Origin: Deferribacterales bacterium
GTDB lineage: Bacteria > Chrysiogenota > Deferribacteres > Deferribacterales > Geovibrionaceae
Direction of reading: 5' to 3'
DNA length: 64,000 bases
Assembly: GCA_050253075.1 (NCBI GenBank)
Contig: JBFWJS010000003.1
Span: 309,458 to 373,457, forward strand
How positions within the stretch are numbered: position 1 is the first letter of the stretch; each line of letters opens with the position of its first letter. A program made the position numbers and the translations under genes. Under the pieces are notes generated by a model that made no database searches, was not told the origin of the DNA, and saw only the letters and a program-made list of their open reading frames with translations. Shown here one piece after another: positions 10,124 to 19,651 of the stretch.

Positions 10124-10974
10124 TTCGCTCTCTGCCGAGATCAAAAACATACAGAGCAGGGTTTAAGCTGTATGTTATTCTGTTTTATATATTTTTGTTT
10201 GCACCTCTGGCTGTGACGTGCGTTCTCGCTTTTAATAATTCAGACTTCCCTTCACTCCCGTGGAACGGATTTTCCCTCGACTGGTTCTTCTCCGACGAAT
10301 CGCCGAGGATCGGTATTTTTCATAATACGACGATGCTCAGGAGCATCTGGATAAGTTTACAGACGGCATTTTTCGTTTCGATCTTTTCACTGGTCACGGG
10401 CACAATGGGTGCTTTCCTCTTCGAACAGGAGCAGTTCCGCTTTAAGCAGGCTTTGTATTTCTTCGCCCTTACGCCTCTGGTTATCCCGGGGGTTATTCTC
10501 GGCATATCACTGCTCTTGATGAGCAACAGCACAGGCATGTTTATCGAGGATAGGTTCGGCATAGATATTGGTTTTTTACGTCCCAGTTTCTGGCTGGTGG
10601 TGATAGGCCAGTTTTCATTTATTACTACTTTCGTCTTGCTGGTGGTATCGGCGAGGCTGAGGAAATTTGATAGATCGTTGGAAGAGGCCGCTCTGAACCT
10701 CGGTGCGAACAGGCTGGATGTCATCTGCCATATCACGTTGCCTTTTCTGCGTCCTGCGCTCATAGGTGCGGGGGCTGTGGCTTTCCTCATGAGCTTTGAG
10801 AATTTTAACACCACGCTGTTTCTCATCGGTTCGGATACTACACTGCCCATAAACCTCTATCTACAGGTGAGGGACGGCAGTTCGCCTATAATAAATTCCA
10901 TATCGTTTCTGCTGATATTATTTACATCGTTATTGGCGGTTGCTAAACTTTTCATATCCAGAAAAGGTGAGTAA
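10120..10974 (+). CDS. potC: ABC transporter permease, PotC family
   Basis: LEEAALNLGA EAA loop and TTLP; ATG overlaps the potB stop. Confidence 0.85.
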   Translation: MIRSLPRSKTYRAGFKLYVILFYIFLFAPLAVTCVLAFNNSDFPSLPWNGFSLDWFFSDESPRIGIFHNTTMLRSIWISLQTAFFVSIFSLVTGTMGAFLFEQEQFRFKQALYFFALTPLVIPGVILGISLLLMSNSTGMFIEDRFGIDIGFLRPSFWLVVIGQFSFITTFVLLVVSARLRKFDRSLEEAALNLGANRLDVICHITLPFLRPALIGAGAVAFLMSFENFNTTLFLIGSDTTLPINLYLQVRDGSSPIINSISFLLILFTSLLAVAKLFISRKGE

Positions 10975-11790
10975 ATGTTTTTCAAAAACTGCTTTAAAAA
11001 GGTGCATCTGGTCGCTGCCCATAGGGGCGTCAGTGCTCTCCGTGCGGAGAACACAATGGCTGCTTTCAGGCTTGCTTCGGGGCGGAATGATTTCGTAGAG
11101 CTGGATGTCGGTTTCAGCAGAGAGGGCGAGGCTGTGATAATCCACGACTCCACCCTTGAACGAACATCAAATGCAAAAGACCTCCCTTTGTTCACAACTC
11201 CTTATAATGTCACAGACTATACATTTGAAGAACTGCGCAGTCTGGATATCAGCTCTTGGTTTATAGCTTCCGACCCTTTCGGCACTATCGCATCAGGGCT
11301 TGTTTTTGCTGAGGAGCTCCGGAGCCAGCCTGTGGAGAGGATGCCGACACTGCGTGAGGCACTGGACTATTTTAAGCGTGTTCAGATGCCTGTGAATGTA
11401 GAGATAAAGGATATGTCGGGGACTGTATTTGGCGAGACTGCCGCTGAAAATGTTGTGAAGATAGTGCTGGATGCAGACTGCTCTGAGCAGGTGGTCATTT
11501 CATCTTTCAACCACGAATATCTGAAACAATGCCATAGACTTGCACCCGATATCTCAACTGCAGCACTTGTCGAGGGGGAGCACCCCGCAGACCTCACGGA
11601 TTATCTTTTATCCCTTTATGTCGATGCATATCACGCCGAAAGCAGTATGTTGGACAAGGCTGTCGTGGATGCCGTAATGAGCAAAGGTATGACGGTAAAT
11701 GCTTACACTGTGGACAGCATGGACGAGATGAACAGGCTGTTCCGAATGGGCGTTTGTGCCGCGTTTTCAAACATTCTTAAATCTGTGTAA
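10975..11790 (+). CDS. Glycerophosphodiester phosphodiesterase family protein
   Basis: AHRG...ENTMAAF, ELDV, IHD.TL.RT, NVEIK, ISSF. Confidence 0.9.
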   Translation: MFFKNCFKKVHLVAAHRGVSALRAENTMAAFRLASGRNDFVELDVGFSREGEAVIIHDSTLERTSNAKDLPLFTTPYNVTDYTFEELRSLDISSWFIASDPFGTIASGLVFAEELRSQPVERMPTLREALDYFKRVQMPVNVEIKDMSGTVFGETAAENVVKIVLDADCSEQVVISSFNHEYLKQCHRLAPDISTAALVEGEHPADLTDYLLSLYVDAYHAESSMLDKAVVDAVMSKGMTVNAYTVDSMDEMNRLFRMGVCAAFSNILKSV

Positions 11791-11850
11791 GATGTCTGTT
11801 AACCGTTTAATCTTTATATATTATTGTCGAAATTTGTGCTAGTATAGAGC

Positions 11851-12390
11851 ATGGTTATATGGAAGATAATTTTAAAAATCATTCAAATTTTGAACAGTGA
11901 GGAAACACCGAATCAGGTGGCACTAGGCTTTGCCCTTGGTTCTGTGATAGCTCTCACCCCGTTTTTCAGCCCGCATAATCTGCTGGTTCTGCTGATCATA
12001 ATGATCACACAGGTCAGCTTCCGCAGTGCTGTTCTGGGTTTTACCCTTCTATTTATACCTAGCTATGCGCTGTCACCCATAGCAAACGGCATCGGACTGT
12101 CTCTGCTTACAGATACGCCTGGGATGGTGCCTTTCTGGAGGTCATTCTTTGACCTGCCACTCATGGGCTTTTCCCGCTTGAATAATTCATACACACTGGG
12201 AAGCCTCGTGTTATCACTGATACTCTTTATACCTATATTCATAGGTGTGAGATATTTTGTATTCCGCTATAGAAAGGATCTTAAAGATAAAATAATTGCT
12301 TCGAAATGGTTCAAAGCCCTCTCGGCTACAAAAATTTTCATCTGGGTAAAAAAGGGATACGATATCCTCGGGAAGGGCGTCTATGAATAA
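11851..12390 (+). CDS. TIGR03546-like membrane protein
   Basis: LNSEETPNQVALGFALG and NN...LGSL motifs; paired with the next gene as is typical for this family. Confidence 0.75.
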   Translation: MVIWKIILKIIQILNSEETPNQVALGFALGSVIALTPFFSPHNLLVLLIIMITQVSFRSAVLGFTLLFIPSYALSPIANGIGLSLLTDTPGMVPFWRSFFDLPLMGFSRLNNSYTLGSLVLSLILFIPIFIGVRYFVFRYRKDLKDKIIASKWFKALSATKIFIWVKKGYDILGKGVYE

Positions 12391-14200
12391 GATTATAAGA
12401 ATTAAGGGACTGCTGATATGGGTGGCTGTTGTTGCTCTTATTGCAGCTTTTTTACTGATATTTCTGGATGTCATTCTGAAAAAGACATTTATCAGCACAT
12501 CTGAAACAATAAATAGGGCGAAGGTAGAGCTGAGCACTCTGGAAACAGGGCTCATGGATACCTCCGTAAGGTTAGACGGGCTGGAATGGTCTGACAGAGA
12601 GAAGCCAATGCGCAACCTCTTTGCCTTCGATACTGCTACTTTTGACCTTGACGCAGGACCGCTTCTCCGCAAAAGGCTCACTATAGACACTGTGTCTGTG
12701 GACGGGCTGCGCTTTGACACAGAGAGAAAGACGAGCGGTGCTATTTCGAAATATGAAAAGAAAGATAAATCCGAAAACAAAGAGGAAAAATCTGATACAG
12801 GCAAAAAACTTCTGGCAAATCTGAGCATAGATGTTTCAAAAGTTATCGACATTGAGAAAATTCCCGCTGTGCAGGAAGCCCGCAGGATGAAAAATCTTGC
12901 AGAAAAGAAAACTGAAGAGTGGAATCAGCGCATTAAAAAAGCCGCTGATACACAAGAGCTGCAAGTAAACTATGAAACTATACGGAAAATAGACGTTAAT
13001 TCCTATAAGTTTCCTGCTGACTTGATTAAAGCAAAGAACGACGCAGAAACTGTGCAGAAATTCATAAAACAGGTTCAGGCAAAAAAGGACGAGGCGGACA
13101 GCTTAGTCAAAAACTTTGAGGCCGAACAGCAGAATATAAGAAACGAGTACGCAAACCTGAAAAAAATGTCTCAGAAGGCTCCGAAGGAGCTCCTGATGTC
13201 TGCGGATTCCAGCCCGATAGACTCCAGAGCTATCATGGAAGAGCTGGTCGGTAAAAAGATGACTGAGACTGTGACCACCGCCGTCGCTCTATACAGGAAA
13301 TATCACCACATGATCCCTATGCCTGAGAAAAACGGTGACAAGCCCGAAACAGTGAAGCGTGTGGCGGAAAAGGGTACAAACGTATATTTCAAGACACCAG
13401 GCGAGACACCTAGGGTTTATATTAAAAACATGCACCTTAAGGGTCAGATGAAGAACGGCGATGTGCTTACAGGAGATATCAAAAACCTGAGCACCGACAT
13501 TTCGTTTAAACCTTATGAACTGGCGCTGAATCTGGCTAAAGGGGCAGACGGGAGAACATTTTTCACCCTTGACGGTCAGGTGGGCGTTGTGGAGGATTCT
13601 CTCAGCACTTATCTGCGTATAACTGCAGCAGGGTATCCCGTGGCAGAGATAATCAAACCTGAGGAAAACAGCTATCTGAAAGGTGTTTCAGGCAATTTAA
13701 ATATACAGGGGCAGATAAAGGGCACAGGCGAGAGCTTTAAGCTGGATATGCGCCTTACAAGCCCTGCTATGGGTATGGAAATAAACAGCGACGGAATGGA
13801 TAAAACTCTGGCGGGACTCCTTTCATCTGCACTCGGACGAGTGGAAGATTTCACTGCTGACCTTTCCGCCGAAGGTAAACTTGATGATTTCAGCGTGGCA
13901 ATATCCACAAACCTTCAGGACATCATCAGCAGAAATGTGAAAGGATACGTAAACGAACAGCTTAAGAAAGTAAACGACGAGATACAGAAACGCTACGCCG
14001 CAGAGCTTGACAAAGTTTTCTCATCGTCAGACGGCATCATAGGCGGCATGGCTCTGAACGACACCAGTAAAAACAGCCTGAAAGAACTCGCATCACTTAA
14101 CACCGGCGCAGCCGAAAAGAGCGACCTCATCAAAAAAGCGATCTCAGGTCAGTCCGGCTCCGGAGCACTGGACAAACTGAAAGGTAAACTTCCTTTTTAA
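12383..14200 (+). CDS. TIGR03545-like (AsmA-like) envelope protein
   Basis: N-terminal TM, AKVEL, PMRNLF, PLLRKRL.ID, T.RKTSGA. Confidence 0.7.
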   Translation: MNKIIRIKGLLIWVAVVALIAAFLLIFLDVILKKTFISTSETINRAKVELSTLETGLMDTSVRLDGLEWSDREKPMRNLFAFDTATFDLDAGPLLRKRLTIDTVSVDGLRFDTERKTSGAISKYEKKDKSENKEEKSDTGKKLLANLSIDVSKVIDIEKIPAVQEARRMKNLAEKKTEEWNQRIKKAADTQELQVNYETIRKIDVNSYKFPADLIKAKNDAETVQKFIKQVQAKKDEADSLVKNFEAEQQNIRNEYANLKKMSQKAPKELLMSADSSPIDSRAIMEELVGKKMTETVTTAVALYRKYHHMIPMPEKNGDKPETVKRVAEKGTNVYFKTPGETPRVYIKNMHLKGQMKNGDVLTGDIKNLSTDISFKPYELALNLAKGADGRTFFTLDGQVGVVEDSLSTYLRITAAGYPVAEIIKPEENSYLKGVSGNLNIQGQIKGTGESFKLDMRLTSPAMGMEINSDGMDKTLAGLLSSALGRVEDFTADLSAEGKLDDFSVAISTNLQDIISRNVKGYVNEQLKKVNDEIQKRYAAELDKVFSSSDGIIGGMALNDTSKNSLKELASLNTGAAEKSDLIKKAISGQSGSGALDKLKGKLPF

Positions 14201-14283
14201 TAAATAAATCTAATCTATGAGCCATGTGAACGGCTCTCTTCTGCTCTTTATACTATTTTCGCATGTTTCCGTTAATTCACCTG

Positions 14284-15957
14284 TTAATCTTTATCCGGCC
14301 ATATCTTCAATGTAGTATAGTATGTGTTTTTAGAGCACAAATTTAGTAAAGTACCGTACTGGGACTGGTCAGTATAATACTGTATGATCCTGTTATTTGG
14401 GATGTCGGCAACCATAAATGTCAGGCAAACCCAGCTTTTATCAGCTGGTTCTTTATAGTCGATCTTTCCAGTGTCAAGGTTTACAAGGGCGAGAAGGCTT
14501 TTTGTACTGCTAGAGAAGACGCTATGTTTTTTTGCATCATTATAGGATAAATAGCTGGTGTTAGTGCTATTATTTTGATAGCCGAATAAGTGATTGGTCA
14601 TTGCGTAAAGCACTTTTGACACTGCATGCATACCGGATGACCATCTGCTCGCCCCACCGCCATAATAAAATCTGCTGTCGGCTGCCGATTTGTCTGTTGC
14701 ATTCTTATATTCATAGTTGATGTACTGAGACTCATAATCCAGCACGGTTGCTGCCTGCTGCATCGCAGCTCCTATAGCGGCTCCTTTTGCTATACGGTCT
14801 GTTATAGGGTAGAAATCACCGGCTTTCCAGATCACTCCGTTTGTTTCGGTATTATAAAGAATGGAGCTTCTTATACTGTTAATAAGTAGATTGCCTTTGT
14901 AATTTATCGGAACAGTATTAGCGTATCTGTAGTCGGTATACTTGTCCATGATGGTTTCTGAGCCATTTGCAGTGTTAAAACTCACTAGGTGGTTATAATA
15001 ACCCCAGAATAGCTTGTTTTTTATTAATGCAAATGTTTGCCAATACTGGGGATGCTCTATTTCTCCTTTTCTGCGTTCCCACATTAATTTCCCACGCTTA
15101 AAATCGTATGCCATCAATGTTGGGATCAGACCTTGATTTACTAGTATATAAAAAGCTTTATCATCACTTTCCAGATGCAGAACCTGATCAAACTGTGACA
15201 TTTTCAGCTCTGTTGTCATTTTTTCTTCTGGAATTAACAGCATCCCATCTTTGGTGCTGATAAAAAGCTTATTATTATTGTGGAATATTTTATTAATATT
15301 CTCATTCCTGACTATTTTTGAATTTGCTATGACGATAGTGCCTAAGTCTTTGCCGGTAATTGTGTCTATGGTATAAATACGATTGCTGTTAAAATAAAAG
15401 GCCCTATTATCTGCAAGAAAGAGGGTATCGTCATCAATGTTTTTCATCGGATAATCTTTTGTCCATGTGATTTTGCCTGTTTTTACATCCAGTCCTGAAA
15501 GTTTGACATGGTCTTGATTTAGATAATTAAGGACAACAGTTCGTGTCGTTTTGTCATAAAAATAGAAGTATTTGTCTGTTAAATTGAGCTCCCATGCTCT
15601 TTCCGCATTATTATTGAAGCTGACTAACTGCCGTATATTATTGTCTTTGTGAACTTCATAAAAGACCGGCTGATCACCGCCAAACAGAGGTGCCATAGCG
15701 ATCTGATTATCTTGGGAATTGTGATGTATGGTTTTGCCGCTTTTTGTAATAACGAAAACTTGACCTTGGTTAAAGTGTAAGTCTAATCTTGCTAAGTTGG
15801 TGTCAATAATAACTCCCCTCATAACCTGCTGTCTTTTACCTAGATTTTCTTCTGCTATAATGTCTGATTGGTTTAATGACATAGTTACCTGCTTAGTGGC
15901 AGCGCATCCCATCATCATAAAACTGCAGCAAAGTGCTACTATTCCCAAATATCTCAT
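14284..15957 (-). CDS. Lipoprotein with PQQ-type beta-propeller repeats
   Basis: Lipobox MMMGC; repeated (L/Y)D.KTGK..W blades; AT-rich DNA. Confidence 0.7.
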   Translation of the reverse strand: MRYLGIVALCCSFMMMGCAATKQVTMSLNQSDIIAEENLGKRQQVMRGVIIDTNLARLDLHFNQGQVFVITKSGKTIHHNSQDNQIAMAPLFGGDQPVFYEVHKDNNIRQLVSFNNNAERAWELNLTDKYFYFYDKTTRTVVLNYLNQDHVKLSGLDVKTGKITWTKDYPMKNIDDDTLFLADNRAFYFNSNRIYTIDTITGKDLGTIVIANSKIVRNENINKIFHNNNKLFISTKDGMLLIPEEKMTTELKMSQFDQVLHLESDDKAFYILVNQGLIPTLMAYDFKRGKLMWERRKGEIEHPQYWQTFALIKNKLFWGYYNHLVSFNTANGSETIMDKYTDYRYANTVPINYKGNLLINSIRSSILYNTETNGVIWKAGDFYPITDRIAKGAAIGAAMQQAATVLDYESQYINYEYKNATDKSAADSRFYYGGGASRWSSGMHAVSKVLYAMTNHLFGYQNNSTNTSYLSYNDAKKHSVFSSSTKSLLALVNLDTGKIDYKEPADKSWVCLTFMVADIPNNRIIQYYTDQSQYGTLLNLCSKNTYYTTLKIWPDKD

Positions 15958-16162
15958 GATCGAGCTCCTGCAAAAAATAACTCATTGATATTACTAATGT
16001 ATTAATAATATCTGTATAGACGCTGAGTCTAGATTTTTACAATTAAATAATTATGTTATTTAATTGTAACCTGTTTAATACTTAGATGGCTACTAAACTA
16101 TTTAATGTGCTGGATGTGTAATGAATGTTTTCGACTGTTTTAGCCGTTTTGTTTTGAAAAAT

Positions 16163-16194
16163 AAAAAACGGATGCAGCTTTAAACTACATCCGT
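16163..16194 (-). terminator. Original tRNA-Leu terminator, displaced by the island
   Basis: Minus strand ACGGATGTAG-tttaaag-CTGCATCCGT-TTTTT, just beyond the duplicated tRNA 3' end. Confidence 0.75.
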
Positions 16195-16198
16195 CTTA

Positions 16199-16225
16199 TT
16201 AGAGTGCCGAGAGGGGGACTCGAAC
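16199..16225. repeat. att core (distal copy): displaced 3' end of tRNA-Leu
   Basis: TTAGAGTGCCGAGAGGGGGACTCGAAC is identical to 48604-48630. Confidence 0.95.
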
Positions 16226-16328
16226 TGAAAAACGTATAGGGAACAGCGGGAAATAGAAGGGGCAAAAGTGAATAACTACAAACACTTTACTCGACATGCT
16301 ATTTCCCGCATATTCCCGCTAATTCCAT

Positions 16329-16353
16329 CAATCTGTCAGAATTCTGTCAGAAT
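16329..16353. repeat. Tandem integrase arm-type site (left)
   Basis: CAATCTGTCAGAATTCTGTCAGAAT, 24/25 identical to 48538-48562. Confidence 0.8.
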
Positions 16354-16407
16354 GAAATTCAATATGTTATGATTTAATAAATATCATTTTTGATTTATGA
16401 GGCTTGA

Positions 16408-19400
16408 GTGGGAAAAGTTAGCAAGAAATTAATTGAACATTTAAATAAGATTAAATATGCAATAGACAATAATCAGTTGATTTTATTTGTTGGTGCGGGC
16501 GTTTCAAAAAATTCAGGGATACCTGATTGGAATGAATTAACATTAAAATTAGCAGAGGAATTAAACTATTCTAAGAGAGCAGAGTTACAAGAATCATATA
16601 TTGCAGCAAAATTAGAGAGTTATGATCCTTCGTTATTAGAAAACTACAATAAATTACAGGGTTTTGATCCTGATGAGTATTTGAAAATACCACAATATTA
16701 TTATTTGAATTTTGGTAAGAAAAAATACAATGAAAAGTTACAATCAGTTTTAGATATCAAATGTGAACCAAATGCAATTAACCATATAATTTTTGAATTA
16801 AACCCTCAGCATATAATTACTACGAATTACGATGACTTAATTGAAAAGGCTATGGATATAGAGAAAGAAAATTTTTCTGTTATAACTACTGATAAAGAGT
16901 TAGCCAAAGCAGAAAATAAAAAACTTCTTATAAAAATGCATGGCGATTTTAAAAACAATGTATTGAAAGAAAGTGACTATGACACATATTCTGAAAATTT
17001 TACATTAGTTGAAACATTTATTAAAGGCCTATTGGTAACACACACGTTGTTATTTATTGGATTCTCTGCTGATGATCCAAATGTAAGAAAAATATTTAGA
17101 TGGATCAAAAATATACTTGGCAAGGAGTACAATTCGGCATATTTGTTAGATGTCAGTAGCCAAAAGGATATGTCGGCATCGAGACGTAAAATTCTAAATA
17201 AATATCTTAGTTCTTTTGGCATAAATTGTGTATATCACTATCAATTTGCTAATATGTATTCAACATTCAATATCGATGAACAAGTTAAACTATATTACGA
17301 TCGAAATACATCCCTTGGACAGCTTGAGCACGATAAAGGAAGAAAGTTATTTGATTCTTTAATATTTCTTAGAGAATATAATCAGAATTCGACTTATAGT
17401 AATTACTCATTATTTAATATCATTTCTTATAATTTTCTGGGTTTGAGTATTAGTGCTGTTAAAGAACTGGAAAATGAGTCAATAAATACGGAAGGGAGTT
17501 TACAAGGTCAATATATTGCTAAGCTGATTACTGGGAATCAAAAGATTCAAACATTCATTAAAGATAATGACTATATTTATAATAGCCATCTGAGTGACTT
17601 ACTGATGTTTAATTATGCTGCTATTAAAAATAGTTTAAATGGCTTAGAAGATGAATTATCAAATTCATGTAACATAAATTCATTCGAAAAGACTTACTTA
17701 CTATATAAAAATTGTGATTATTTAGAAGCATATGAAGAGCAGAAAACTTTATCTAATAATGCGTATAAATCTAATAATTATTTAGCTTACTGTCTTTCAG
17801 AATTTCAAAGAAAGTTATTAAGTATAGTTATAAATATTGAGTATTTTCCTCATGATGCACAAGTTGAATCGATAGTTGCAGAAGGCTCAAATATAGATTT
17901 AGATTTTCTATCAGATAAGTTTGTTCATAAGGACAATAAAGACGTTTTTAAGAAGTTATTTAACTTTGAATATGTCAACAATATCCATTCTAAATTATCT
18001 AAGACTCTAGATGAAATACATAAAACAAAAGAGTATTTTAATCGTGGAGGTAGTGCAACAAATAGTGCACTCGCTGATTTGTATAGTTCCTTTTTTGAGA
18101 TATGGAACTTTTGTAATCATAATTTTTTGATTCTAGATTATTTTAATGAAATACGAGAATGTGCTGCAAAATTTATAGAAGGACTTATCGTAAGCTATAC
18201 TATAGATGATAAGAATGTTAATACATTAAACCAATTATATTTTCCCGCTGATAAACTTAACTATTTTGATTATTTCCATTTTTATGTAATGATTGAGTAT
18301 GTAGATAAAAAGGGATTGGAAAGTCTGTTCTGGAAGCATCTTGAAAAAGTTGATATTTTAAAGACAAGCTCAGGTGTTATAGATCAACTTATTGAGGGAT
18401 ATTGCAACTTAATTGATTCTGCAATAAAGCATCATGTCGTTAACAGGCTAGACCACAAGATAAGTAATTTTTTACTCATATTTGCAAAGCTTGAACTGTC
18501 TAGTGATCAATTGGAGAAAATATTATTAAAATATTCTGAATTGACAAAATGTAATCTTAGTAGCTCTATTCATGCTATAAACTTTCGAAATAATAAATAT
18601 GAAATATTAACTAATTTCCTATTTCGTACATATAATAACCTACTTAGTAATAAGGCTTACTTATCAACGATATATATTACTGGTTTGATAGATGAGATAA
18701 TCGATAATATTAAATTCTGGCAATTCCCATATTACCAAGCTTCAAAAGTGATCCAATTGTTTAAGATTATTTCATTAATTAATAAAAAAAATTCAATTGA
18801 TAATGAGTTTTTGTTAGATAATGCAATCTATAGCAAGATATGCCAGATAAATGATTTAGAAATTAGGAATAATGTGTTTATTGTATTCTTTAATTTGTTC
18901 TCACATGAAAATCAAAAAGAAATCAGAAAGATTTTGTTAACAACTATAGATAACCTTACTCAGGATTATGATTATTTATCATTCATCTATGAACTGATTA
19001 CCACTGATATCATAGATATTTCTTTAGTGGTTGAAAAACGAACTTTGCAAATACTCAATGGAGCGATTAAAGATCGCAGGAAATCTTTTCAGGGTATTTC
19101 AAGTAAAGACTTATTGCGACTATCACTTACTGTCATCGTTGACTTTTTGATAACCGATAAGTGGATAGGTGTTGATATACTGAGAGCTCAATTGCCGGAT
19201 TTGAAAAAATTACAGAATGATTATGACGCATTTACAGAAACTCATCATGATAAGCATTACCTTGATTATTTAAATGAGCTCACTGAATGTATACGAATAA
19301 TCGAAGTTTATGTTTCAATAGACAACTTTGATTTTGATTCATTTGTTCCAAGTGATATCCAGTACTATAGTGATGAGTTAATTGATAAAATTAGAGTGTT

Positions 19401-19524
19401 AATCAATACAGATGTTAACCTTAAGAAAATCCTAGTCCAAAAGTTTAGAGACAGAGATTTTATGAAACTAGTTGCGGATAAAAAGAGAATTCAGGATAAG
19501 TTCTATCGCTTGTTGATAGCTTAG
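16408..19524 (+). CDS. Large SIR2-domain protein (DSR-like putative anti-phage NADase)
   Basis: FVGAGVS..SG.PDW, ITTNYDDLIE, KMHGD, FIGFS..DPN in the N-terminal ~270 aa, then a long helical region; 1038 aa. Confidence 0.85.
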   Translation: MGKVSKKLIEHLNKIKYAIDNNQLILFVGAGVSKNSGIPDWNELTLKLAEELNYSKRAELQESYIAAKLESYDPSLLENYNKLQGFDPDEYLKIPQYYYLNFGKKKYNEKLQSVLDIKCEPNAINHIIFELNPQHIITTNYDDLIEKAMDIEKENFSVITTDKELAKAENKKLLIKMHGDFKNNVLKESDYDTYSENFTLVETFIKGLLVTHTLLFIGFSADDPNVRKIFRWIKNILGKEYNSAYLLDVSSQKDMSASRRKILNKYLSSFGINCVYHYQFANMYSTFNIDEQVKLYYDRNTSLGQLEHDKGRKLFDSLIFLREYNQNSTYSNYSLFNIISYNFLGLSISAVKELENESINTEGSLQGQYIAKLITGNQKIQTFIKDNDYIYNSHLSDLLMFNYAAIKNSLNGLEDELSNSCNINSFEKTYLLYKNCDYLEAYEEQKTLSNNAYKSNNYLAYCLSEFQRKLLSIVINIEYFPHDAQVESIVAEGSNIDLDFLSDKFVHKDNKDVFKKLFNFEYVNNIHSKLSKTLDEIHKTKEYFNRGGSATNSALADLYSSFFEIWNFCNHNFLILDYFNEIRECAAKFIEGLIVSYTIDDKNVNTLNQLYFPADKLNYFDYFHFYVMIEYVDKKGLESLFWKHLEKVDILKTSSGVIDQLIEGYCNLIDSAIKHHVVNRLDHKISNFLLIFAKLELSSDQLEKILLKYSELTKCNLSSSIHAINFRNNKYEILTNFLFRTYNNLLSNKAYLSTIYITGLIDEIIDNIKFWQFPYYQASKVIQLFKIISLINKKNSIDNEFLLDNAIYSKICQINDLEIRNNVFIVFFNLFSHENQKEIRKILLTTIDNLTQDYDYLSFIYELITTDIIDISLVVEKRTLQILNGAIKDRRKSFQGISSKDLLRLSLTVIVDFLITDKWIGVDILRAQLPDLKKLQNDYDAFTETHHDKHYLDYLNELTECIRIIEVYVSIDNFDFDSFVPSDIQYYSDELIDKIRVLINTDVNLKKILVQKFRDRDFMKLVADKKRIQDKFYRLLIA

Positions 19525-19594
19525 TGCCTTTCCATTAAACTGAATAGAATTTAGGGCGATATCCACTATGGCTTTGGATGTCTATGGCTTGAAT

Positions 19595-19648
19595 TATCCT
19601 TGCGTAAAAGGATATAAAAAGCTATATTTATCCTTATGAGAAAGGATA
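19595..19648 (+). promoter_or_regulatory. Sigma70-type promoter with two palindromic operators
   Basis: TATCCTT-N6-AAGGATA at 19595-19614 and 19629-19648; TTGCGT(19600)-17bp-TATATT(19623). Confidence 0.75.
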
Positions 19649-19651
19649 GGT

